Under the pieces are notes generated by a model that ran no database searches, was not told the origin of the DNA, and saw nothing but the letters and a program-made list of their open reading frames with translations. DNA of 63,994 bases, counting the filler, from Dirinaria sp. TL-2023a (lineage: Eukaryota), in NCBI GenBank assembly GCA_051941275.1. It is 3 parts of 3 records of this genome, joined end to end, with 100 filler letters (N's around TTAATTAATTAA, not from the genome) between each part and the next. Parts side by side here need not be neighbours in the genome. Positions count along the whole stretch, not along the records: positions 44,722 to 63,994 come from JAVEBF010000343.1; 2 more parts are not named here. One strand, given 5' to 3'. Every line of letters starts with the position of its first letter. The first letter of the stretch is position 1. The position numbers were made by a program, and so were the translations under genes. Shown here one piece after another: positions 48,757 to 61,169 of this stretch.

Positions 48757-50565
48757 CTAAGCACTCGCACTCGCATCTGTCTTTGGCTTCAGATTTTTCC
48801 AAGGCGCGAACAATGAAACAATAAAACAGATCCCAGCCAGTGCAATAACGACTGCGTATGTCACGCGAAGACCGTGCATATAAGCAATCAGCACGGAGCC
48901 AATCTGGTTAGCGGGAAAGACCTTGCGGAGCTCCGTTGCTCCGGTGGCGATAACAAGAGCCGGATCAATATCAGGTGCCACTTCTTTGATTCTATCGATA
49001 AGCTGGTTGGTGAACGCAGCTTGTCCACCTGTCACAAAGATTGCTCCGCCCAGAGTCTGGAAGAATAAAGCCATGGATGAGGCTACCGAGATGTCAGCCA
49101 TGTCGACGGACGCTTGTGCAACAGCAATCGGTGTGTTCGTCCCAAGACCAATACCGATGCCGGATATCACTTGATATCCGATCCACTTGTTTGCTCCAGA
49201 GCCAATGTCGAGCGTATAGAGCAGGCCTGCACCAACGACACTCAGTACAGCTCCAAGAATTAGGAATGGGACGTATTGGCCTGTTGCTGTGATGAGGCCA
49301 CCAGAGACAACCGCGAAAATACTGGTCCCAAGCACTAGCGGTAGGTTGCGAACCCCAGACTGTGATGCAGAGACATTATCCACAGATTGAAAGTATATCG
49401 GAAGGTAGTAGAGGAGGACGAAGAAGCCGCCACAAAAGAAGAAGGTGTAGATGAACGCGACTTGGAGTTGGCGTTTCTTAAGTAGCCGAGGGATCAGTAA
49501 CGCGTATTCGCCAGCAAAATATTCGTTCACCCCAAAAGCGATCGTAATCAGAACAAAACCGACTATTGTACCAATCACGTCCGCAGAGTCCCAGGCCTTG
49601 GTCACCCCACCCCATTGGAGGGCAAGACAGATGCAAACCACAGCAGCCATGATTGTGCTTGTCCCAACAGGATCCATGTGGAGGAGCTTCTCCTTCCAAG
49701 TCGCCGGGGCCGGTTTTGCAGAAGGAGGCACTGTGAAGGTGAGGAGAATGATACCAGCTGCGAGCCCACCAACGGGAAGGTTAACATAGAAGCACCACCT
49801 CCAAGAGACATTTTCCGTAAACGCACCCCCGATCAACGGTCCGATCACAGAGGCGATTCCGTAAGTTCCACCAAGGATACCTATGAAAGCTGGCCGTCTT
49901 GACGGGGGTGCAACGAAGGCCATCAGAGTGTAAGCCCCAGAAGCTATTCCTGCGCCCCCGACTCCAGCGATTGCACGGCCCACAATCAAAGTCACTGACG
50001 ATTGTGAAACGCCGCAAATCAGGGAACCGAGCTCGAAGATAAAAATCATTACCAGGAAGGCCCACTTGACAGGGAAATATTTGTAAGCTTTGCCAGCGGT
50101 GCTCTGAAAGCTACATCATATGTATCAGCAGCGGACTGCTTTCAATGAAGAGATCCAAACTCACCTAGCCAGAGTAAGGAAAAATGCGGTACCGTACCAT
50201 CCAACATCGTTCAGAGAGTGGAATTCGTCGGTAATTCGGGGAATTGCCGTTGCAATAATGGTCATGTCAAGAGACACTAAGAAAATCGACAGGGCCAGGG
50301 CAAGAAGGATGAAGAAGAGCCTGCCAGCTTTCGGGTATTCTGCTTCAGATGCGGTCGATGCCACGTCGTTGAGGTTCCCATCAAGGCTCTTTTGCTTCTC
50401 ATCACTGATAATATCATCATTGCTGGCTACGGCCTCAGAGTGTATACCTTGATGCCTGCTGAAGGAAGGGTCATTCGAGCCATTTGTTGAAGATGCTGCG
50501 GTCATGCTTAAATCATGGTTCGGTTGCTGATCAATAATAGGACCTGAGAAATCATTCGGTGCCAT
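48757..50565 (-). CDS. MFS DHA2 (14-TM) efflux transporter, AflT/GliA-like, 1 intron
   Basis: [89 protein letters not shown]. Confidence 0.93.
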
Positions 50566-50783
50566 CAGGAATTGTGCTACAAGTGCTTGTAGAGGATAGA
50601 GAGGCCGTGGTAAAGAGAATTTTGACTTTGAATTCCTGCCCGCCAATCAATTTTGAGAGTTACACTAGTGGATCGAAAGAAGCTTTAGCAAAATGGACGG
50701 CGAGGGAGGAGAGGTCATTGCTCAGTATGGAGAACAATGACTACAGACTACCTAAGGTATGATGCCTCACAAGGCTGTGATCG

Positions 50784-51170
50784 TCGGACGAGTTTCGGAC
50801 GAGTTTCGGACAAAGCTCTAACTTGGTGAAGTTCTGAACACCACACTGACTGGCGAGCGAGTTTTCCGCAATCATTAAAGCGGCAATCATGGAAGTATTT
50901 TAGTGCTTATTCCCATATCGCTGCGCACGAAGTACCTCCTTTATACTCGGCATTGCGACACTCGAACTAACTTCGGACGAAGCTCCCGGGGAATCCGGAC
51001 CAATTTCGATTAGGTCTGAGTCATGCTTATTGCTTTGGAAGCTTGGAAATGCTATATCAGCGGACCGCTCTGCATCGACCCTACAATTGGGGTAGTGCCT
51101 TACGATGATCAAACGAAGCTCAGACGCAGTTCGGAGACTTTCGGACGGAGCTCAATAATGGTTCGGACTA
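50784..51170. promoter_or_regulatory. Repeated TCGGAC(RRAGCTC) motifs upstream of the MFS gene; candidate Zn2Cys6 sites
   Basis: tcggacgagtt twice then tcggacaaagctc (50784-50818); ttcggacgaagctc (50972); ttcggacggagctc (51140); ttcggact (51162). Confidence 0.55.
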
Positions 51171-52884
51171 AATTAGAGGAGCGCTAGCGGCTCCTGCCGA
51201 TTACGCAACGTCCCGTTGACGCCAATCCGTGCTGATTCAGAGTACGTTATCGAGCTTATCTACTTCCAGTTCCGACATATTTTAGTGCTTACCCACTTGC
51301 AGCAACAACTTACCTTACCGTAGGTGCACACGAGATATTTTGGACGCAACTTGGTTGTATATTGTACTAGGGTGGAGCTCGAAGCATGCGGTAAGCAATA
51401 AGTGACGCCTTCTCTCCCGCAGCGGCACTGCATTTCCGACGCCCACTCGTGGACTCAGCTTGACACCTATGCCGAACCACCAAAGTCAACCCCGCGGGGA
51501 TCCGATGATCCTCCATCATCCCACGTAATTAGTACGGCGCGACCAAACCCCTTTTCCTGACCTACTTTTCACTATCATCCTTGCCCGCCTCTCAAGCCAC
51601 TCAATTGCTGCCGATACCGCGATCGAGCTTAAGATGGACACCTATGGTGGTCAGATCCGTCTCCGACAAACCAGGTAGGCCCAAAAGCCGAATGATCCAC
51701 TGTCTTGCATGAATCTTCATCCTTCCAAATTTCCAGTCGATGCATTTCCAGTCTTGGTCTATTTCTCCCTTATCAGGATCCCTTCAATTCGTAATCATTC
51801 GCAATATGACATTTACGTCGCAAAGACCTTGACTCCACGAATCCTAACATATCGCATATTTTCCTTTTGGTAGTAAGTCTACGGAACCTGATGGCCTATC
51901 CGATCGAGCAATATTACTAGTCTATATCATGTCTACCTTAGCCTTCGGCAAATGAACCCTGTCTCCACCCAGAATTTTCCGATCCCCGGTTTCGGCTTAT
52001 CGAACTCCATGTCAGTGCGTCCCCATGCGACTCCAGTAAGTAGTTCCATGACATGAAGAAGTGGTTGGGTCCACAAATGATCCGTAATTATTCATGGGTG
52101 ATGTACGTATACATGATGTGGTTCTGGCAGACGCTAATCAGTTCACTTACTTAGTGAGGTCAGCTGCATTGGAAGACTGTCGAGCAGACCGTTCCGGAGG
52201 ACCTTCATCCTGTTCTGCTCCGGACGTCTATTACCCCAGTCCTATCTAAGGTGACCGTAGGCACTAGTCTCTCTAATTGAGCTCTTGTTGAACAAATCAA
52301 TCTGCTCCGATGTCCGAGAGCGCAACTGTCCTCGGGCTTCACAAGGCGTGCTGGAAATTGCCGAGACAGAATCTGTCCGTCCGGTTTTCGTCCGAATCGC
52401 GCTTGGCAGGACTTGTGGTGCTGACTTCCGAACCGGCGCGGTGGATTGTGGGCCTGCTCATCTCAAAATCCTTCGAATGCCTGGTTACTGTGAACTGCTC
52501 CTGCGCATTTTAGGACTTATCGAGCGTCCCCCCTTGGTGTGAGCAATTGGCGAGATAGTCTGGCGTGGAGACTCTCATTTGGATCCAGCATAATCTAGAA
52601 GACAGGAAAACCCGGGTGTGAATTAGCTCCGCATGAAGAAAAAGAGCCTTGGGTTTCTATCGAATTATTTGACATGCTTTGCGAAGATAACCATAATATT
52701 GCCATAAATTTCACGCCATATCAATCAATAATGAAACATGCTACACTCAGTTCAACCATCCATCTGAAAAGACGCACCGATAGAATAACATCAATAAAAA
52801 ACAACGCAACGACACTGAAATACCACCGCTCTTAAGTTTTTAGTCCTGGTCGAATGAAGATGTTTCCCAAGTTCACCCCCAACC

Positions 52885-54434
52885 CTATGCCACGACTGTT
52901 GTCGCCCCAGCTTGAAGTGGAAGTGTGACAATCCGAGACTTTCTGACTTCGTTGTTGTTCCCATCCCAGTATCTTTCTGCACGGTAACTGTAGTGATTGA
53001 TATATTGTCAGCTCTGAGGATGGCAAAGAAGATTCACGAGGACCGACCTCCAGTTGAGATTAGCAAGCGCGACGTTCTGAACAGAATTGATGTACAGTTG
53101 CACGTGGCTGTCAATCTCCTCACCCCACGTTGGGAGCTGAGTAAGAGTAAGATACCACTCTCGATAACGGCCCTTCAACAGCTCGCCGGCACTGTCGAAG
53201 GATTCTTGGAGGCTCTTGCCTTCTTGATGGTAGACCGAGACGATGTTGTGGCTTTCTCCAAGGGCCTGCAATTGGGAAAGGAATCAGCGCTTATTCCATG
53301 GAACAATCAACCACGCAATAGCATCGAACCTTCTCTTTGGCGTAAGATACAATATCGTTTTGTCTGGCTTATCAGCAGATGTTCCATGCTGTGGGCTACG
53401 TTGGAACCTCACATCAACACGATGTCTGTAGCGATTGTCTCAATTCTCTGGATACTTGGGTGTTTAATCGCTTCATCTGGCAATGAAAGTCCATAGGCAT
53501 ACCTATGTGCTGTCAGAGAGAATCGCTGGCAAGTCAAAAGACCTTCACTTACTCGATCAACGCATAAATTGGGGTTGTAGCGATGGACTCCCGTCGCAAA
53601 GCCAACAGCGCATCAATTGTTGAAGATAAACCGGTAGATGCTTGCATCTGCACCTGCTGCATGATTGCCTCGCAATAGGCCGTCATGGATGCAGCAAATC
53701 GGCTGCGGACAACTTTAATTGTTGGTTAGACCAGTGACTCAGGGGTCCAATTGATTAATTACCTTCAGAGGAAGACTGCAATATGTATCAGCGTTGTACA
53801 AGGGGAAGCACATGAGTTCAGACTGACGTGAGATAGGCGCGACCAGATTGATTTGAACGCGATCAAAAGCGGATGCTCTGGCTCAAATTGTCCATCCCTC
53901 ATGATCGAGCCAAGCATCTCGATCAATTTTCGCGCCTCTTCGGGGTTCGTTTTGAGATAGCCGTTATCGAAGGCTACTCAAGGTATTAGCTAAATGTTTG
54001 TTTCCCCCCGAAACCCGAGTCTGAGAATGAGGAGAATCACCGTCATCAAAAGGAAATACCTAAGCTCCATTAGCTTGTGTGGTGTGCTTGCTCCCAACGG
54101 CTGCGAAGACCTACCCAATTTCCCCAGTCGCACAGCGTGCGAAGTGTCTCTGCACTTGCATCTGGCAATACAACGGCACAGAAATATGAAAAGTCTGTTC
54201 GATGTATGAAACGTGACATGCGAGCGTCAAATCCGCCGTGGCTACTCAAGTTAGACTACTAGCACATGGATACCGTCCTGCGACCTACTTTAAGAGCCAT
54301 TGCTCCGACTCTCGCCTGATCTTTTCATAATGGGGATTCACGCGGGGATTCTGAGCCAAAAAGAAAAGAAACATTTCTGGAAGAGTAACCTGTACAGCAT
54401 CGGCCTGCTCCGGTGCATGGTCTATCGATCCCAT
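52885..54434 (-). CDS. Class I terpene synthase, probably a sesquiterpene cyclase; 10 exons, about 351 aa
   Basis: Exons 54434-54289, 54241-54115, 54059-54041, 53973-53828, 53775-53763, 53712-53553, 53502-53413, 53363-53330, 53265-53048, 52987-52885 are phase-consistent. Motifs: DWGNWVFPFDDAFD (DDxxD), LRRES, QNDIVSYAKE (NSE), HNIV, NWSYRAERY. Confidence 0.93.
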
Positions 54435-56493
54435 AATGATGGTTTGTCCTTCGTGTGACAATAGCCTCTTCAGCGATGGACTCTGATGGAGAAACGGAGT
54501 CTTGGTAGGCGGTAGCTTTTCACGTCTCCAGCGCTTATGTTTGTAAAGGCCCGATATTCATATGAAAATATTAGGTGTTCTTTGCTTCTCGCTATCAAGA
54601 TAGATCGCCACCCTGGTTGCATGGTTCATGGATTGTTTCTACAGCTCCATTTTAGTCTCTCACGGATGCGTTGATGGCCGCACAGCTAGTGCTGATTAGA
54701 ACGGGGGCCGAGTGCCTAACGAACTAATCAATCACTCAATCAATCAATTACCAAGCCATTCAATCCTCTGTCAGCCGTTGCACATCCGGCCCCTCCTGTT
54801 CAATATGTGAGTAAGACCCTTGGCATGTAGTCGGATACGGGAGCACTGACTTCTAGATCAGCGGTTCGAAGGGTTTCTCAAACGGGGTTTGCTTGTAGGT
54901 CAGGCTAAACATATCCGCAAGAGTTACGGCAGTGCGTCGCTTAGTTTGTCTGCTGGCGGGCATGGCAGGCCGAGTCGCATCACTCGTGGCTGCTCCCAGA
55001 AGCGGTGAGAAGATCGTGAATCCCTGGCCGAGCGGCACCCCCGTCTTTGGCCTTTACCAAACCCCCACACTTAATGCACTCATGATCCTTGGGCGAACTT
55101 CGTTTTAGAATTCTAGTGTTCAACTGCAGCGAACGTGATGACGACGACTCCAATTAGCGTCCTATAATCACATCCCTTTTTTGCCATAATGTTCGGCGCA
55201 ATGTGCAGTCTTCTCTCTCTCAAAGTAGCTCATCCCGCCCAGGGAGCTCACGAATATTTTTAGCTCTACATCGCGGCAGAGAAGTGACTGCTCATAGCGA
55301 AGTGGCTTCTCTGTGCATGGGAGGCCCTTGTTCGAATCTAGAGCTTCGGGAAGATGGAGCACTTGTGCAAGGAAGCGCATTAGTTTTGGGCAAGCATCAG
55401 GGTGTGTATCAATATCAGAGAAGCTAAATCAGCCAACTCGGACTACCTACATATCTATTGTTGACATCGGATGACGCTGCCTTAGTCGAATCCTTGGAGC
55501 TACTTGTGGACTAGATCTGGCCCTTACGTGGCCATTGCAAGTATCATGCCGATAGTAGCCACGCTGTGCCGCAGCGTCCTATCTTAGCGGCTAATTGACG
55601 GTGCATCAGGTACTTACCTTCAGGATGGCTTTGCCTCGCGATGAACAAAATAAGGCGCCCAGGAGGGCTAAGATACCTATCTGCTTTCCCTTTCCTTGTT
55701 TGGCCCGTGACCGCATAGGTAGCTAGTCCTAACTAGGACCGACTCCGAGTGCCCTGCCCTCTGAAATGATCCCACTATGAATTGGTCAAACTCGCGGCAA
55801 GGACTATAGTGATGGCTGTTTTCGTCGTCGGTGTAAGACCACATAATCACAACAGAAATAAATCGTTGCTCATAATCATTGAGTCATCCACTAGCCTGCA
55901 CAGACATTCCATTTCTACCTGCGGTGAATAAGTCATCTTACAGTAATCGTCTAGATCTACGTCATGTGAAGCTTCCGCGCTTACCTTACCATACTGTAGG
56001 TGTGTGGTTGAGCCGCACCATGGGGCGGCAAATCCTGAGGTACAGGCTGCTGAGTAGGGGGTCGGGCCTGCAGCAGCGCTTGCTGGATTCGGTATCTACT
56101 ACCTTAGCGGTTCTGACGGCGGGTGGAAGAAAGAACCGGGGAACGGGAACGAGGATAAGCACAAGCTCGATCACGATCTAGCGTAAAAATGATCTTCAGT
56201 CAGAACTCTACCTTATATCTTACCAACAGAATCACTGTACTACCAACCTCATTTGCTGTCGATCACAGGCTGTGAAACTTGAATATCCTGCAATGGTACC
56301 TCGTATTCTGCAAGCCGCAAGAAATGAAAGCAATCCAAAGCACCTCTTAATTATCCCATCCCGCAACCACTAAAAAGCCAATCAACAAGATCCGAGACCA
56401 TCGTACCAAAGATCCCAATCATGTGTTGTCGAATTGAACAAAAAATCTTAGTCTACATTGGGGAATGTCCAAGGCCAAGAAAAAGGAGCAGCT

Positions 56494-58263
56494 TTACTCC
56501 TTGATGACGTTGGTGACTTTGACTCGTACTGAAAATTCGCCATCCTTTGGTTGCCCAATGCCTAGCTCGCGATAGATGCGGATATTCTCTTCCGTAGTTT
56601 CGTATAGCTCCATGTCGAATCGACGAACAAAAGAAGCTATGGTCATATACAATTCCGCGAGAGCCAAACTGGGGGGACGAGCGAAGTCAGCGGACCGCAC
56701 TTTCACACCATGACAACGGTGCATGTTCGTTAGATATTGTGAACACAGAGAAGACTCACTTCATACCCAGGCAAATTCTGCTTCCTCTAGTAAACGAAAC
56801 GAGGTATTTGTTCAGATTCTGCCCTCGCTCAGTAGCTTGCATCCATCGCTCAGGCTTGAAAGTCTCTGGACTAGGAAACACTCCTGGGTCCATGAGCACG
56901 AAATAGCCGGACATACTGACGGGTGACTGCATTACACGAAAGTGGTCAGTCCATCTGCAGCCAGAATGTTCAACGATGGAATAGCTACATACCCCTGGCG
57001 GGATTACAAGGTCCTTGTATGTTAGTGACTCTGTGGGTGCGACCCGTGTGGACCGAAAAATTGGGCCATATGAAAGTCGTATCGCTTCGTTCACAACACC
57101 ATTCTACGCAAAGTAAGTTTTGTCTCTCGCAGTCCTTTTGGCTCACTGGTCCAATACGAAGGTAGATGACATACTAGGTAAGGAAGTTGCTCAAGCTGTG
57201 GCCAAGATACCTCTGTAGTAGGAGTGGGCATCAAAGGTCGCAGCTCTTCGCGGAGCTTTAGTAAGAGACGCTTGTTCTGATAAAGATGGAAGGCCGCCAA
57301 TGTCAATGTCCTTGCTGTGGTTTCAGTACCTGCGACGACCACAATCAATCCCTCGTCTTCCAGGCGGCGAGGAGACCTCTCTGCGGGTGGCACGCTGGGG
57401 TCACTCAAGGCGTCAAATATCGTTTTTCTCGAAGCTTTGGCAGTACTCTTCTCAGCAGTGGATTGTTGCGCTACTAAATCTTGCATGTCTAGCACTGCTG
57501 TAGCCCCTGGCCTGATTTTGCCTAGAAGCCACCGGGGCATGGCCCTCAACATGGTGCCTAGAAAAGGAAAGAATCTGTTGACGTGAACAAAAGTAGAGAT
57601 CTCGTTCAGGGCCTGCCGGATGTCATTTTTGAAATTCTCATCGTCCAAAAACCCGGAGCTGACACCCCAGGAATACTGTGATATTAAATCGGCTGTCAAG
57701 GCAGCAAATGCATCGTCCAATTGGACCACAGATTTATCTGTATGAGCCTTCTCAAATCGCTGCATGAGTTTTGACTCTTTCTCATGCATCATGGGCGAAA
57801 GCTCTACTACGGACTTCTTGGAGAAAAAGTTGTTTAATAAACCTCGACGAAACCGATGAAGATCATGGCCGATTGTGGCGATCATGGAATATGGGAACCC
57901 AAAGATACCAACGAATTTGGGGTCCTTTTCCCGCTTTCTGGAAGCCGGAGCGTATACTTCGTCATAAAAGTGTGGATCTTTGATATGGAGTTCGCGAGGA
58001 TTGATGCGCACAACCGGACCTGTGCGTAAGTGAGCATGATTTGACTACACTATTCGCCGAAATATCTCACCGTATTCTTGGTGCATCTTCTCAATTTCCC
58101 AGATGTACATTCCATGACGGATGACATCGTGATAGAACTCATAGCCATGCGTTATAGCTGCCAGCTTGGGACCTGGGACATGGCGAAGAGGGTGGAGATA
58201 GAGACGATAGAAAGCCCTACCAAGAAAGTACGCACAACCGAGGCCAACTAACAGGAGCCACAT
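56494..58263 (-). CDS. Cytochrome P450 (trichodiene oxygenase/CYP58-like), 4 introns
   Basis: HPLRHVPGPKLAA, YG|PVVRINPRELH, I-helix VAGTETT, EAIR, FKPERW, heme motif FTRGSRICLGM|NLALAELY. Confidence 0.93.
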
Positions 58264-59372
58264 TTCACAATTCTGATGACAGAAATAAGTAGCAACAAGC
58301 TGTTTGTATAATATTAAGATTGAAGACGCAAGGTAGACAAAGCAGCTGACCCGATCAACTCTCCTCGAACCTGTGAATGTTCTGGAAGAAGAGGAAATCT
58401 GTTCGATCATTGCCTTCTACTCTGAGCTATCTTCTCTAGCCGGTATCAAGAACCCAGAGAGAGACACTCGGGCTCTGAGCAGCCGCGGCTTTAAAGCATT
58501 TGTGTACCGCAAGGGCGTCTATGCTCGTCCAATAGCGCGGGATCCGGCCACATATATCAGCTTCTAGTTTGGTTGTATAACACCCTGGTGGCGGCGCTTC
58601 GGCGAAAAGCAAGCGCCCACTTTAGTGAAGAGGTAAACAGGGGGTGTGGTGTAACGCATCCCACTGCTACCGCAACCTTGTAGCCCGTAGTCGCAGTATG
58701 CAACGATTTCTTACGGAATGCCGAACCGAAGTTGCAAGATAACGACTACATAGGAATGATCTGCAGGAGTGAGGCCTGCATGCACAAGGCATTGATACTG
58801 GATCTTGGGAATGACCCATGTATCGGCGGACTTTGATCGACATTGGCTGCAAATTTCTAGACCACCATACTACTGAGAGACAAGCAATGACTGGCGTGAT
58901 TTGTTCCGGATGCAGCGGAAGCAAACTGACCGCTCCACTGTTGACACTTGAGTCCACTATTCCAAATCGGGCAGGTTTGGATGAATGGAATGATGAGAAG
59001 TGTGAAGCACAGCTTGTGTTACTCCTCAATTCTAGAGCTCGCTATGCAGATCAATGACCCTAGGCGTCTTATCCGGTCAACCCGTGAAGAAAGTCAAAAG
59101 TCGGAAGGTTTGCATACTCACTTTCGGACTAAGATTAGACCTAGCAAACGCTGACGATTGAGACTCGGAAAGTGCTTACAGAGCTCCTAACTAAGATCTT
59201 ACACACATATTCAGAATGGATGCTCTAGGTTCAAAGCTGCTTACAGAGGTCAGAACTAAATACTGCTCACCCATTGTAGGCCAAAGTCATATTGGAAGCT
59301 CAAAGATCGTAACTGTTTCCTCTGTACCACATATTGTGCTCCTCTTACACTTCAGTCCTATCCAAAGTACAG

Positions 59373-61169
59373 ATGGAGTCTACCGCCGTGCTGATCTACT
59401 GCCTTTTGGCATTTGTCCTTTATCGCTTGTCAAGAGCAATTTACAACCTCTACTTCCATCCATTGCACAAATTTCCGGGGCCTAAAATTGCAGCTGCAAC
59501 GTCTCTGTATGAATTTTACTTTTCCATCGTCCGCGATGGAGAATTCATGTGGGAATTGGAAAGAATGCACAATAAGTACGGTAGGGGAAAATCAAACTGA
59601 ACTTCACGTCCTAGGCACCACGCGGTCTGACATACTCAAGGCCCTATTGTGCGTATAAATCCTGAAGAGCTTCATATCAGCGATGCTTCCTTCTACAATG
59701 AGATATACGCTGGCAATCCCAAGAAGGTGGATGGCCATTTGCCATTCACACGATCCACCGGTGTCTCCAAATCTATGTTTGCCGCAGTTGATCACAATCT
59801 GCATCAATTCCGTCGCAACATTCTAGCCAACTTCTTCTCCAAGCGGTCCATCACCAACATCCAGCCTCTCATCCAGGGCCACATTGAACGGCTTCTTGCG
59901 AAGCTGAAAGAAGCTTCTCACGATGGCACAGTGGTAAACCTAACCACACTTATGGCCGCTTTTACAGCCGATGTGATCTCCCATTATTCCTATGGTGTCT
60001 CTTTGGGCTGCCTTGATGGCAAATCCGAGAACATCTTGACCGATGCAACACAGGCAGTGCTCTCTTTTGGGCACTGGCTCAGGTTTATCCCTATCAGGTT
60101 TTCGAACATGAAGAAGCTCCATCCCAGATTTGTCGAGAGGACTTTTCCCAAGGCGGCAACCGTTCTGAAGACGCACAGGAGAATCAGCTCACTTGCACTC
60201 GAAGTACTTAACGCTGAAACCCCCAAAAATTCTAAAGAAACCATGTTCACGGCGCTGGCTGATCCTGAACTACCCGCTGAAGAGAGAACCCTTGCCCGCC
60301 TCGAGGACGAGGGATTCGTTGTCCTCGCAGCTGGCACAGAGACTACCGCTTATTCTCTAAGTGTAACATTGTTTCACTTGCTAAACAACCCCGACATCCT
60401 ATCTAAACTATACGATGAAGTCAAGACAGTTATGCCCGAACCATCAACCCGTCCACCATTGCCGGTGCTAGAGAATCTGCCTCTACTAGTAAGCGCTTCC
60501 AATCTCCCCTGCTTATGCTTATGTACATTTTCCTAACTGGTCGCGACCTACAGAAAGGGGCCGTCAATGAAGGTCTTCGGCTATCAATGGGCACATTTAC
60601 TCGACACCCTCGCGTAGCACCTGATCGAGTCCTGCAATACAAGGACTGGGTCATCCCTGCAGGGGCAAGTTTCGACCACCAGCACATCATGTTGGCGTGT
60701 TTGTATTCTGACAAAATGGCACAGACACCCTGCAGCACAGCCACGTACTTCGTGCATACAGACCCGAATGTTTTCCCGAATCCCAAATCCTTTGATCCAT
60801 GGCGCTGGATCCGTGCCGCGGAGCAAGGGCAGCATTTGGAGAGCAATCTCGCCCTGTTTTCGAAAGGAAGCAGGTCGTGTCTTGGAATAAAGTATTGTTC
60901 CCCCCTCCTCCCTTTCCATCATCTCCTTTACTACACTTGTTCCTCCTTTCCGTAACTATAGATATATGGTGCTAAGATCCTTGATTGCGGTACACAGCAT
61001 GGCCTACGCGGAAATGTACATGGTAATCGCGCAATTGACCCGCCGCGTCAAGATGGATCTGTACAACACCACCATTGACTGCGTCGATCCATACCGCGAC
61101 CACCTGATTGTGGTTCCGAAGAACACGGACGGCGTGAGGGCTACTGTTCTGGCTGTCGATGCCTCGTGA
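59373..61169 (+). CDS. Cytochrome P450 (paralogue of the upstream one), 4 introns including one GC-AG
   Basis: [54 protein letters not shown]|..MAYAEMY. Confidence 0.93.

Noticed and set aside
51600..52600. Additional cluster gene between the MFS and the terpene synthase
   Set aside because: Some splice-like signals are present, but I could not assemble a coherent ORF or recognise any motif.
52912..53496. 194-aa plus-strand ORF as a gene
   Set aside because: Non-ATG start; it is the antisense shadow of the terpene synthase exons.
30207..61169. One NRPS-terpene supercluster
   Set aside because: The assembly linker at 44622 and housekeeping genes (nudE, phosphatase-like) intervene, so linkage is unproven.
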